DNA of 64,000 nt, from assembly GCA_020891255.1 (NCBI GenBank), contig BQFW01000001.1, positions 2,852,001 through 2,916,000 of the forward strand. The letters run 5' to 3'. Both the position numbers and the translations under genes were made by a program. This stretch comes from Entomortierella parvispora E1425 (lineage: Eukaryota; Fungi; Mortierellomycota). Numbering within the stretch: the stretch's first letter is position 1; the number at the start of each line of letters is the position of its first letter. Under the pieces are notes generated by a model. That model was not told the DNA's origin. It saw only the letters and a program-made list of their open reading frames with translations, and searched no databases. Below are positions 32,334 through 44,206 of the stretch, piece after piece.

Positions 32334-34376
32334 TTATAGCATCATTTGCCCAATGCGTATACCGCAAATTTCAATTGGCACTGATGTGTTGTCGGTCATT
32401 TCAAAACGTATGTGCTGGATCTTCCGGGTATCAAGCTGGATGCTAGCGGATCTTCCGGCATCTGCGCAGACAAGATCTGTCATCTTGACGGAGCCCTGTG
32501 TCCTTTCTACTTGGCCTTTGCATGTCAACTAATGGATCGATAAAAAAAATATGTTAGAACAACACAGTGAGAAGCAGCGCATGTACTCCAGTAGTATAGA
32601 TGTTGTACATACCCAACTAATACCATCCACGCTCGCTTTGATGACCATATGAGACTCCAGTGTTTGAAGAGTTGTGGCGGTAGTTGACCAAATTTCGATC
32701 AACTGAGCATGCTCACCCAAGTCAAGCAACGGAAGAACAAACTGAAGTCCAAAGAAACTGCCCTTTTTCAAGGTTTTGAAACTGTTCCAGCAAGTCAACA
32801 GGTCCTGATCAACAGCGTAGTGATATGTGTGCATGGCCACGAACTCCGCGCTGGGATACTGCAGGGCTTTGAATCGTGCCTCGTGTGCGTGAATATCCCT
32901 GTTGTGGGCCTCTGCTGGCCATTTGACCTGATCAGGTGAGGGAAACATATCGATGTTGCTCTGGAAGAGACACTTGTCATTTGCGCAACTTGATCTAGAT
33001 AAAAAACCTTCTAGTCAGTGGACGGTACTACCAACTGGTGAAGCCAGAATTTCGATGACAATGACAATACCTTGAATGTCTATCTTTGAAGAGAGGTTTC
33101 TCTTCTTCAGCCACAAAATCAGCCTTTGCCCCGACCCGATGAGGCGATCCTTGAACAATTCCAAGTCCAGAGAGCACAGTCGTGATGCGGACCATTGCAT
33201 CAGTCTGTAGATGGGAGAAAGTAGTAGCTGAGGTTAGAATGATATCCTCTCCTCCTCTCGGTGCTAAAATACTAAGAAGCTGAACACACGTACCATGTGC
33301 TCATAAACGACACTCCACTGATCAATCCGTCCACTCCAGCTTGAGCTTTGGTCCAGTGGTGCCAAGGCGTGTGAGAGGACAATGGGATACTGGTTTCGCC
33401 AGAGAGAAAAAAAGAGATCCGAGAGTTGCACGCGCTCCTTCCACAGGTTGCTTCCTCCCAGTTGCTGTAAGAATCTGAAGACTGTCTGTTTGGGCATGAA
33501 AGAACCTGCCCCTAACCACGAGAACCCAGTGTGGAGACCAATCTGCGCATTGTGGAACATCCAGGATCGCTGTTGGGCATACATGGCAGGGATGGTGCTC
33601 GTAACTAGGGAGTTGGGCTGGTCCATGAAAAGCGAATACATCGAATCCAGGGAGAGGTTGATCCAGTCATCATCCTGGATGTAGCAGTGATCGTACTTTG
33701 CAAGCGAGCAGGTCGTGTATTTCGAGAAGTCATGCAAGTTGGCGACCGAGTTGAAAACGACCACCGATGTCTCCTCAAAATTCTGCCCACTAGCGCCTTC
33801 ATCCTTTGAGCCGTCAAGAGGACGTCTCCGGTCAGCAAAGTCTTTAGCAGCCAGGACCACTTCCGGGTTGTTATTCCAGATGAGAATCTCCTTGATGAAT
33901 GGATACTTCCTCAGATGAGCGACCACAGCCTTGGCACCTTCCCTTCGCTTCCATGACAGGACCACAGCCGTAACGGGGATGTACTTTGAGGAAGATGGGT
34001 GGGATTCCGATGAGAACAACGCCGGTGAGAAGGCACTGACCCGACTAGGTTCTGACTCGGCGAGATCAGTCCTATAGTTGGAGCGAGAATCCCATTCTAG
34101 CAACATGCGTTGGCGTTCAAGTCTGGCCTTCTTGTCCTTTGCAGAGATGTCTTTTACACGCCCGTCTTGTCTCGGAGAAGAGCCATGGCCGGCGACACTG
34201 GGATTATTGGATGAAGATGTCGAGTGGGCGAGAATATAAAGACTGAGGATGGCGAAGAAGGCAATGATTGCGCGCGCTGGAGTGATGCGGCGAGCGACGG
34301 TGCGGACATGGGCCTGGATCGAGGCAATGGGCCGGCCGTGCAAGGGCAGGATCTCTGAGTGACCCGCCAGGGGCAT
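32334..34376 (-). CDS. Type II membrane GT-A fold glycosyltransferase-like protein, multi-exon
   Basis: N-terminal TM; TAVVLSWKR, EILIWNN and CYIQDDDW (DxD) as in GT64/EXT-like domains; extra C-terminal domain. Confidence 0.65.
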
Positions 34377-34833
34377 AGCTGAAAGCAAGGGTATTCGGCG
34401 GGAAAAGGGGGGGGGGGGGATGGAGGGACGGAGGGATGAAATGAGAGAAAGAGAAAGATGGACAAATGGATGAATGGAAGGTTGGACCCTGATGCCTGAT
34501 CCCCTTGGTCTTGCTCCGTGTGCTTTTCAAAATGAGAGTAAAAACTAAAGAATAAAAACATATTATTATTTTATCATTTATAATACTCCGAGTATAATTA
34601 TTCCAGATTAGTATTATCTTGACTAAATAATATTGTCGTGAACCCTCGGCTCCATTGTCTCTGTTCGTCCGTGCATGTCCTGTTCATCCTTCCATCCGCT
34701 CAGTCCCTCTTTCCGCGGTCGTTCCTTACGCCCATCCTTTGTGTGCTCTCCAACTTCATCCCAGCTACCTTTTTCTTTTTCATGACCCTCCCTTGACACA
34801 TCAAATAGCAGCATCCTCTGCAGCGTATTTGTA

Positions 34834-36846
34834 ATGACCCTCAGTCCTTCCTCCTCCTCCCTGGCCGCTGCATCCACCTATGCACATCCTCGCCCAATTA
34901 GCCCGTCCAGCCTTCACCCTCAGCTCGGATCTTGGACCCCGCTCGACCTCGTCCATTGCTCCAACCGCAAGCTCGATGAAGATTTCTTTTCCTCTCGCTC
35001 CCTTTCCATCCACAAGCGCATTGTCATCCGCAACTTTCTCTCCTTCCTCTTCGAGCTGCAGCCCCTGAACCACCACCACAACGACAGCACAGCCCTTCTG
35101 CAGTTGAACCTGCATCCTCCTTCCAACGGCTTCGAATATGATGACGATGACAGGCACGACCATGGACATGACCAATGGATGGAGCAGACTCTCTCTGCGG
35201 CTGGTGTCACTTCTCCTTGTTCCTCTGCTGCACCCTCGTTAACTCCTTCCGAAGGTGGCCTTGACTCTTCAGTCCTCGAGTGGATGAACTCTTCTGATGA
35301 ACCCATCCTCTCTCGCTCTGCCGCCGCTGCAGCCTCGGCTGTCACCTCCAGGCGCAGACCTCAGTCTCTTCGCTCGAGTCGCATTCCCCTCCCCCGCCCT
35401 CAGTCAACAGAGTTGCCTCAGTCCCTCCAGTCCTATCTCTCCGCTGTCTTCGATGTCGATTGGTCCATTAAATCCCCCACTATGGAGGATGCCCTCTTCA
35501 CAAATAAGAAGAGTTCGTCCCCTCGACTTCCCCAGCCTCTCTACGCCCTCAGCAATTTATCGTCTACCTTGTCCTCGTCTTCGAAAGATGCAGCAAGAGA
35601 TTTAAGGGCCTCTCTTGAGCCAGAGCTCTTTGCGGATTCTATCCCTTCCGAGCAAACTCGTCATGGTCAGACGCAGGACGTTCATACTGGACTGCAGGGG
35701 CGTCATTCCTCGACAGACTCCAGCATTCATCAAGGGGACATTGGCTTATGTGAGAGCGAGAGCAGCTCCAAACATGAAGAGGGCGTGGCGAATGATACTT
35801 CACTCTTTGTATGGGAGCAAAAGGCATTGAATCAACACAGTTCCTCCACTCGAAGATATCGAGACCAATTGCAGCACTCTAAGGATGGACACGAACACCA
35901 ACGCCAACATCAATATTTGTACCAACAGCCGCAAGAGCAGCACATCCACAATCATATCCACATCCATGTCCATACCTATCCATCCCCCTCGTCAGACTCT
36001 GAGGATGGCTCAGTGGTATTCTCTTACCCTCAACCACCACAGCCACGATCTTCAAGATATCCCACCCCCCCACCATCAGCTACTGCCCAGAAAACACACC
36101 AGCATCAACAAAAAGAATCATACCCTTGCATCGCAGTGGCTGGCCCACTTGCACCTCAATCTTCTTCACAACTTTTAACGAACCCTTCCTCCCTACCTCA
36201 ATACCCGCCCGAAAAGACGGTGTCTAATGGAAATGACCAACTCTACTTCGCGACCCCTACCACTTCCTCTCCAGAACCTACTCGCTCACGATACCCCCGT
36301 TCTCCACCACCACCACCATATACTCCTTCTCCAGTATTGACCAACAATGCGGCACAACTCAGCGACCCTTTGGTTTATCCCCAACCGATGAAGCGGGCAC
36401 CGCAGGCACCACGACACATGCAGTCGGCGGCTGCGAGAAAAGAGTATCAACGCTATGAGGAGCAACAAAAGATGTTTGTTCGAGATGAAGAACCCAAAGA
36501 GACTGGATCTCAGGGTTTTCTACGGCTGTTGACTCGGCAAAGCTCGAAGCGAAAGTCATCAAAAGTCCCGTCCATCAGTGCGCCCCTCTGCATTTCTCAG
36601 CCAGTTCATTGGCAGGACCAAGACCTTGGCCAGTCTTTCAACCGACTCTCCTTGACCTCTGCGCCCAACACGAAAGTGGAAGCTCTGAAAGAACCGCTCT
36701 CGCCTGCCAAAAGCAGCCAACAGCACCATTTGTCTCCGCAGATACCTCCACAGATACCCTCACCTTCGACAGAGGTATTCTCTTACTACCCATCTCGCAG
36801 CGCCCCAGCACCCGTCTCTGTCTCCATCTCGACTGCTCAGCACTAG
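34834..36846 (+). CDS. Hypothetical low-complexity S/P/Q-rich protein
   Basis: 670-aa uninterrupted ORF; no recognised domain. Confidence 0.6.
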   Translation: MTLSPSSSSLAAASTYAHPRPISPSSLHPQLGSWTPLDLVHCSNRKLDEDFFSSRSLSIHKRIVIRNFLSFLFELQPLNHHHNDSTALLQLNLHPPSNGFEYDDDDRHDHGHDQWMEQTLSAAGVTSPCSSAAPSLTPSEGGLDSSVLEWMNSSDEPILSRSAAAAASAVTSRRRPQSLRSSRIPLPRPQSTELPQSLQSYLSAVFDVDWSIKSPTMEDALFTNKKSSSPRLPQPLYALSNLSSTLSSSSKDAARDLRASLEPELFADSIPSEQTRHGQTQDVHTGLQGRHSSTDSSIHQGDIGLCESESSSKHEEGVANDTSLFVWEQKALNQHSSSTRRYRDQLQHSKDGHEHQRQHQYLYQQPQEQHIHNHIHIHVHTYPSPSSDSEDGSVVFSYPQPPQPRSSRYPTPPPSATAQKTHQHQQKESYPCIAVAGPLAPQSSSQLLTNPSSLPQYPPEKTVSNGNDQLYFATPTTSSPEPTRSRYPRSPPPPPYTPSPVLTNNAAQLSDPLVYPQPMKRAPQAPRHMQSAAARKEYQRYEEQQKMFVRDEEPKETGSQGFLRLLTRQSSKRKSSKVPSISAPLCISQPVHWQDQDLGQSFNRLSLTSAPNTKVEALKEPLSPAKSSQQHHLSPQIPPQIPSPSTEVFSYYPSRSAPAPVSVSISTAQH

Positions 36847-36990
36847 AATAAAAAGTGAACTCGCCACCAACATCATTTTGTGCTGCTCAATATTTTTTTT
36901 TTTTCTGTTTTCTCAAAAGGAGCAAGGTGGATTTCTGGCAAATGCAATTTTCTTCCCTTTCACCCATTCGCTCATTGTCAGAATTAACCA

Positions 36991-38597
36991 ATGGATCAGG
37001 TCATTGTAGTCGGGGCAGGTCTAGGTGGCCTCCTCCTGGCCATCATGCTCGAGAAAGCCGCCGTCCCTTATGTTGTGCTTGAGCGCTCCACTATGGCCAG
37101 AATGCCCCTCGAGGGAGGCGGCGTTATCATAGTGACCCCTCAGATTCAACCACTGCTAAAACAGCTCGGTTTGCTGGAGGAGGTTGAGAGGGTTTCCAAA
37201 CCCATTAGACGACTGGAAGTCTTCGAGGCCGACCAGCCCGACCCTGAGCCTTGGATGTCTGGCATGTTCGACAGTTCATTTTCTAAGCCTAGGTAAGATA
37301 GTTGGCTCTCCAAACACTGACGATCCTATTTTGCCAACTGACTTGGCGTGGCATCATAATAGGTACGGCTACGACACTCGCGTAATCTCACGACCAGAGC
37401 TATACAGCATCCTCGTGGACGCGGTTCCAGCGTCCAAGGTTCTGTTAGGAAAACAGATTTCTACTGTTCAGCAAGTAGAGTCCCAGGCGACCTGTGAATG
37501 CACGGATGGCTCATCATACACTGGAATTGTCGTGGGAGCGGATGGAGCATATAGCGCTGTACGTCTTGACATGTACCGGCAGCTTAAAGAGCAGGACTTG
37601 CTTCCCGCACAGGATCGCAAGCCAATGCAGTATCGGTATCAGGCGCTTGTGGGAATGACGCGACCTCTCATGACACAGGAATCTGATATGGCTTTTTCTC
37701 AGCCCAGAGTCGTCATCTATCAAGGAAAGAGTCCCTTCACGGTAGGTGTTCTGGTCCTCAAAACCTCACTGAAACACTGTCCGTCAGCGCGACTAACTTG
37801 TTTTTGTTATAGTTCTGGTCTGTTCCCATGACAATGAACAGAATGTGTTGGATGCTGGACCGACCCATTGGAGAACCACGCGATTGCCCGGATATGGAGG
37901 ATCTTAGTTATCATCCGGAAGTGGTACAGGAGATGGTCCAGACCTACTCGAATGCCAGCCTTCAGACAATTTTTGATGCGACACCTGATGGAACGATGCT
38001 TGCTCTTCCGAGAGAAGAAGCATCGTTTTCAACCTGGTCCTTTGGGAAGATTGTGCTCATGGGCGATGGTAAGTCTTGTCTCATATAGTACATACAGGCA
38101 CTCACCATTCAAATCGAATCACCGGAACTATGTGTGTGTTTCTAACCATTGCCTTCACTGGTCATAATGTTTCTTAATAATAAGCTTGCCACAAGGTACG
38201 GCTTCTTTCAGGGACAACTTGGACTTCTGTTTTTTCAGGACACGGTTTAACTTTTCTATAATTGAACGTGTAGGTCATCCCGTATGGCGGTCAATCAATG
38301 GTGCAAGCTGGCTATGATGCTGCTGCCTTGGCAAACATCTTTTACGCCCAAAAACTTGATCCTTCAAGGAACATTGTGGCCGAGCTTGCTGCCTATGGCG
38401 CTCGGCGTCAAGCAGATGTCAAGGATGCGGTCAAGTACTCGCACTACTGGAGTGAGCTGTTTTTTTGGCAAGGCTGGTTTGGACGACTGGTCCGGCGTAT
38501 TGTTTTGAACCACTGCCCCCAATTCCTGTTGAATGTTCTGGGGGACCGGCTGAGTCGCGATCGACCACAGGTAGTTTTCCTCCCAAAGATATTGTGA
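36991..38597 (+). CDS. FAD-dependent monooxygenase 1 (aromatic hydroxylase family), multi-exon
   Basis: VIVVGAGLGGL, VVGADGAYSAVR, VLMGD|ACHK|VIPYGGQ. Confidence 0.92.
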
Positions 38598-39036
38598 GCG
38601 CTGTGAATCATGAACGTCTGGTGCCAAGTGATCCGAAGCGGAAAAATAAACAAAGAAAAGAGAGAAAAAGAAAAAAAAATCCGGGGACAGAGCAAAGTCC
38701 GAAGGAACAAAACAACGGGGAAGAACAAAGAACCCAAAAAGGACTGGCTGAAGGAATGTGATTGTCGGTCACCCAGAAGGATGATCGATCTGCCGTCCAG
38801 CTGTTCAGTTTCCCCTACTGGCTGCTGCCGTTTCGACTGTTCTCTCCGCTCGACCCACCCACTCATTCATGCCGGTTCATTTCATTCTCCATCCATCCCT
38901 CATCTCCATTCGTTCAATTGTATAAAGCTCCTTTTCTATTTGCACACTTTCATTTCCTTCCTCTCCCTATACTCTACACGAAAGCCACCACCTCCCATCT
39001 CATCCCATCGACTCGACCCTTCTATTCAGATCAACC

Positions 39037-41362
39037 ATGCCTCCGCCCTCTGACCTCCGCGTCCTAATTGTTGGTGCCGGCCTTGCAGGCCTCATCATGG
39101 GCATCATGCTTGGAAAGGCTGGGATCGATTATCACATTCTAGAGCAAGCCTCTCGTCTTCGCCCCCTTGGGACCTCCATCACTCTTCATCCTGTCGTCAT
39201 CGATCTGGTCGATCAGCTTGGTCTTCTGGAAGAAATGTTTGCGCTCTCTAGACCCCTGCGAGGGATCACTGTCCTTACTTCCAAAGGTCGAAGGATGGGT
39301 CGAATCGATACCCGGAGCAGCAAGCAAAAGTAAGCTGCTGTTGCACAATCGATGTATCTAAATGGAAGTGACATCAACGTTACACCGTCCCTCGATCTGA
39401 TCGGCATCCCCTCTTCTCCCCTTTCTCTTGCAGATTAGGACGTCAAGCCCTGGTGATGAGCAGGTGAGACCTGCTTCGTTTTGATTTGACTCCAGGATCA
39501 AAGCGTAGCTGGCTCCACGTTCCGATTTGTCTTCGAGTGGTTGTGTATTTGTTATGCCAGCTCCTTCTAACCCACCTTCCGGATGTTTGGTCCCTTGCCT
39601 CTTTATCCTCAGGCCTGATCTGCACGAGTTGCTACTCTCCAAGATCCCAGCCCACAGGCTCACGACCGGGATGCGAGTCATCGGAATGGCTGAAACCCAG
39701 TCCGGCGTTATGGTCACCTGTGCGGATGAGTCTACGTTCTTTGGCAGCGTTGTAGTAGGAGCCGATGGTGCTTACAGTGCAACGCGCCACATTATGTACT
39801 CATCCCTCAAGAAACAAGGCCGGCTCCCAGAATCTGACCTCAATCCTCTTTTTGCCGACAAGCAGTGTGTCGTGGGTAAAGAGCTCTGCGGGTTGTCCTT
39901 TTTCCTCTCTCTTTATTTTTGCCGTCGATGGCAGGTCTGAACTTTCTGTTTTGTTGTTTTTATTAGGGATGACCTGTCCATTAGACCCCCAAAAGTACCC
40001 CGTGCTTTTGAATAACAGCTGTGAGGTCAAAGTACTTCTCGGGAAAGATCAACATACTTCGGTGAGTACATGTAACCTTCGTTGGGTATCAAGCAATTTC
40101 TTCCCAACAGTTACGCCCTGCTTCTATTGTTGGTCGGAGTGCACTTCGTGGCACCATTCCCGACGCAGGAAGCATAGCAAAACAAGCGTGGCTGGCGCAT
40201 GGCAATCTCAGCTTGTTGTTGAGCACCTCAATCCCCGCCTCAAATGGTTCCTAACTTCTTGAGCATGCACAATATCATCACAGCCGTCTGACTTTAATTT
40301 ATTTGCCTTGGCTCTTAGATGTGGATTCTCCCCTTGAGAGGCAATCGGATAGCTTGGTGTGTAGGCGGGCCTGATCCTCGGCTGCAGCTCAATTACAGTC
40401 CAAGCAGTCCAGTTTCGTCAGGACGCTCTTCCCCAGCAAGCAGTGGTCGTCCATCTATTTCATCTTCAGGCTCCTCAGGAAGCCACGGAGGGCGCCATTC
40501 TACTTCAGATTGGTATCCCGAGACGGCTATAGAAATTTGTGAAGACGTCCGGAACTTCAAGTGTCCATACGGCGGATCTGTAATGGACATTATTGAGGCA
40601 ACCCCAAAAGGCCTTGTATCAAAGGTTCTATTGGAAGAGAAGATGTATCACACCTGGCACCATGGACGCGTTGTCTTGGTTGGGGATGGTAACTGAGCGT
40701 CGGCTGCACTAGAAACTGACAACCTACTTTTAACTTGAAACTGTCTGGTGTCTCTGAGGAACGAACACTAATCCAACGTTCCGTTCTCTTTCTTGTCTTT
40801 CCTTCGTCCTACATGCAGCATGTCACAAAGTGAGTTTAAATAGGAGAGTGAAGAGAAAAAAAAAGAAGGGCAGCAGAGACTAATTTTGGACCTCATTGTG
40901 TATCATTGTCCAGATCGTACCTTTCTTTGGACAAGGCGCTTCGCAGGCAATATTGGATGCGGCTTGTTTAGTCAACATGCTTCACGGTTTGCCTTCGATA
41001 TCCGCAGAGGATATTACTGCCATCTTTGAAAAATACTTCGCACAACGGTCTGGACCAGCCAAAGTCGCGTCTGACAGTTCTCGTGAATTTGCGGATCTCA
41101 TATATGATCAGGTTGGTCATCCTAACCGATATTGCCAATCAAAGGCAAAGATGCATTTGGAGGCCTGTTCTAACCTCCTCTTTCCTTTTGTTTTTGCTCC
41201 CGATCAATTCTATAGGGGTTTAAGGCGGATATGGCTAGAAGTATCGTGCTGCGGTTTACACCTACATGGCTCCTTCGGATGATCATTGGAACGAGTACAG
41301 GATCACGGCCTGTCCTGGATTTTTTACCTCGGCCGTCCAGTTCTCTAAAATCGTGGCAATAA
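39037..41362 (+). CDS. FAD-dependent monooxygenase 2 (tandem paralog), multi-exon
   Basis: VLIVGAGLAGL, VVGADGAYSATR, VLVGD|ACHK|IVPFFGQG. Confidence 0.92.
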
Positions 41363-41501
41363 ATTTGCCCTTCGACTTTTCAAACCCCCAAGACCGCAAG
41401 ATTGTGAGGGAGTAAACCCAAGAGTTACAAAAAAAAAAAAAAAAAAATCGAGCAAGAAAGGCGAGATCATCGCGACGCCCGACTGTGGATCGAAGCAAAA
41501 G

Positions 41502-41584
41502 TGAAGAGAGTGGGATTTGAACCCACGCCTACGAATAGACCGCGGCCTTAACGCGGCGCCTTAGACCAACTCGGCCATCTCTCC
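41502..41584 (-). tRNA. tRNA-Leu(AAG) copy 2
   Basis: Identical to 27554-27636. Confidence 0.97.
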
Positions 41585-41645
41585 AACTTATTTGAGTAGT
41601 TTTATTTTCAGTTTTATTTATTCCAAAAGAACAAATCCACACCAT

Positions 41646-41671
41646 CACGTGATCTGGAAGTGAAGCACGTG
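41646..41671. promoter_or_regulatory. Two CACGTG boxes between divergent tRNA genes
   Basis: CACGTG at 41646-41651 (61 bp from Leu 5' end) and 41666-41671 (59 bp from Arg 5' end). Confidence 0.6.
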
Positions 41672-41730
41672 ACTATCTGTAATTACGATCAAAACTGTCT
41701 CAGGATATCCTCTGATATCAAGTTCAAAAA

Positions 41731-41802
41731 GGTCTGCTGGCCCAATGGAAAGGCGTCTGACTACGAATCAGGAGATTGCAGGTTCGACCCCTGCGTAGAT
41801 CA
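41731..41802 (+). tRNA. tRNA-Arg(ACG)
   Basis: Acceptor GGTCTGC/GTAGATC, anticodon arm TCTGA-ctACGaa-TCAGG, GGTTCGAC T-loop. Confidence 0.97.
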
Positions 41803-42511
41803 TTTACTTTTGCGCCCAAAGTTTTTTTTTTGGCACTCACCCGGGATGCTGCAGGAGTCGTGCAACGATGGAGGGATTGTGTAACTGACAGATCAATTGC
41901 AGATCAGTGACATCCAGGCAGAGACATCCAGTCTAAGGGAATCGATCGGACGATGTGCTCAAAAAAGGGGGTGCATGAGCCGTTTTGTGCATCCTGTCGT
42001 CATTGATATTCGTGCGGGAGAGAAATAAAAAGGCCGAAAAGAAGGGGCTCGAAGAAACGAGAATGGAAGGGAGAGGGGAGGGGCACCATGGTAGCGTTGG
42101 CTCCACAAAACGGCCCATTGTCCCTTTGGCCCTCGGCTGATTCATCGGATGAATTGTAGAATTCCCCAACATGAGACAGCTGGATGGGCCAGCAGGGTTT
42201 TTTGGTTGTTCGGATGTTCCACTGCAAAGTCCACACCCGTCCACACGTCCAACAAACATCTGCGTCATTTTTATTCGAGGTTCTCACCAGAATAAAATAG
42301 ATCGCGCGCTGACTGGTCTGTCTTCCTTTCTCTTTTCTCTCCTTCCAATCATTTGTCGCTTGTTTTCTCCACTTTCTTCTCTCCACTCCACTCTTCCCTT
42401 GTCTGCGCTCTTTCCTTTCTTTACTCTCCTCCAACTGCCCGTCTTCAACAACCACCCCCTCTCCTCTCCTTCCTCTTTCTCCCTGCCCTTCCCCCCTACC
42501 CCCTTCTTTCG

Positions 42512-44206
42512 ATGGGTTCTAGGCTGTCCACCATGTCCTCGTCATCGTTGAATCCTTCCTCAAGGAAGACCAGCGCTGACTCTCTCGATATCAAACCCTC
42601 CCTCTTCCAGCGCTCAAAGGCCACTCTCGCCCTTCGGTCTAAAAAGTCCTCTCACTCTTCCACCTCCCACTCTTCCACCTCCAACACACACGTCGTTCCT
42701 TCCTCTTCCCAGAATGCCAGCGCTTCCGCCAGTGCCTCTTCTAGTCGACAGACCTCGATCGATTCACTGGAGGGTCGTTCGGACCATTCTGTCGGCATCC
42801 GGTCGTTAGCTCCTCCCCTCCAAAAGCCCCTTTATATTCCTCCCAGCAACGAAGGCCAACAACAGCAGAAACAGCATCCTCACCAACTGGAATCACCAGG
42901 CTCGCAGAACTCGAGCCTGACGGGCGTGATGCCTTCCGCGTCTTTACCAGAATGGGCCCATCACAGCCGAAAGTGCGAGGACGGTCGGACTCGGCACACG
43001 GTCGAGAGTGCCCCATACATGCTTCCGAACGACCTTACAGAGTCCGACCGACTGGACGCCCAGCACTATCTTGTCCGGTTTATCTTCAAGGGCAACTACA
43101 ATGTCAAACTCGATCCTGAAGCCCCGCTCAAGATCCTGGACGTGGCCACGGGCACAGGTGTCTGGGCCTTGGAGATGGCACACGAGTTCCCCAAGGCCGA
43201 GGTCTATGGTGTTGATATCTCTTCCATCTTCCCGACCGAGATCAAGCCAAACAACTGCCATTTCCAGCTGTGCAACATCCTCGATGGCTTGCCCTTCCCG
43301 GACAACACGTTCGATTTCATCTACCAGCGCTTGCTCGTCTACGCCCTCACGCCAGAGCAACGCAAGCAGGTTTACAGTGAGGTAAATAACAACTCTGCTC
43401 GTGTCTGCGTGTCTTTGTCATCATGTAATCCCCGGCTGGGCATGACAGACGAATGTCGCACAACAGGGTTGTCGTACCACTTTTTTTTTTGCTACAAACA
43501 TTGAAGTGAGCACCTCCTGCCCCATGGGGTTCTAGGCTAGATGCCTTGTTCACGCCAACTGCTCTCTCGACCTGTCGTCCTTCATGCAATTTCAACTCTA
43601 GAGTGATATCCTAACTAACCCTTCTATTCATTTGTTTTGATTCAATAGCTTTTGCGTGTCCTCAAGCCTGAAGGATATCTGCAGCTGGTCGAGTCTGATG
43701 GTATCGTCTACAACCCTGGTCCGGAGATGGAGAAGATCAACCAGCTCTCGCTGGAGACATCGCTCCGCCACGGTGTGGATCCTCGGGAGGTCCAAGTCAT
43801 GAAGTCGGGTTTGAAACAGGCTGGTTATTCAGGCGTGAACTCTTTCAACATTGCACTTCCTGTTGGAGATTGGGGTGGCAAGACCGGTGCTTTGAGTCGA
43901 CAAAACATGCATGGTCTCGCAACTATCTGGCTCAAAGGCGAGGTTGGACGGATGGATCAGGCGGCTGTCGATGCCATGTTGGCCAAGGTTGACCAGGAGA
44001 TTGAGCAATTCCAATCCTACTACAAGGTCTGGCTCGTTGTAGGAGCCAAGCCAAGCATTGCTGCAATGATGGCAAAGGAGGCCAAGAAGGCAGCGGCAGT
44101 ATTGGCCGCCAAGAGTGGGGCCTCCGTCGCCGGTTCTGCCCCAGCACCCTCGGCAGCACCGAACCTTCTTCCGACCCAAGGACGACGATCTCCGAGTGAG
44201 GCCTAG
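42512..44206 (+). CDS. Class I SAM-dependent methyltransferase (LaeA-like family), one intron
   Basis: YMLPNDLTESDRLDAQH, ILDVATGTGVWALEMA, VYGVDIS, FPDNTFDFIYQR, LKPEGYLQLVE. Confidence 0.92.
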
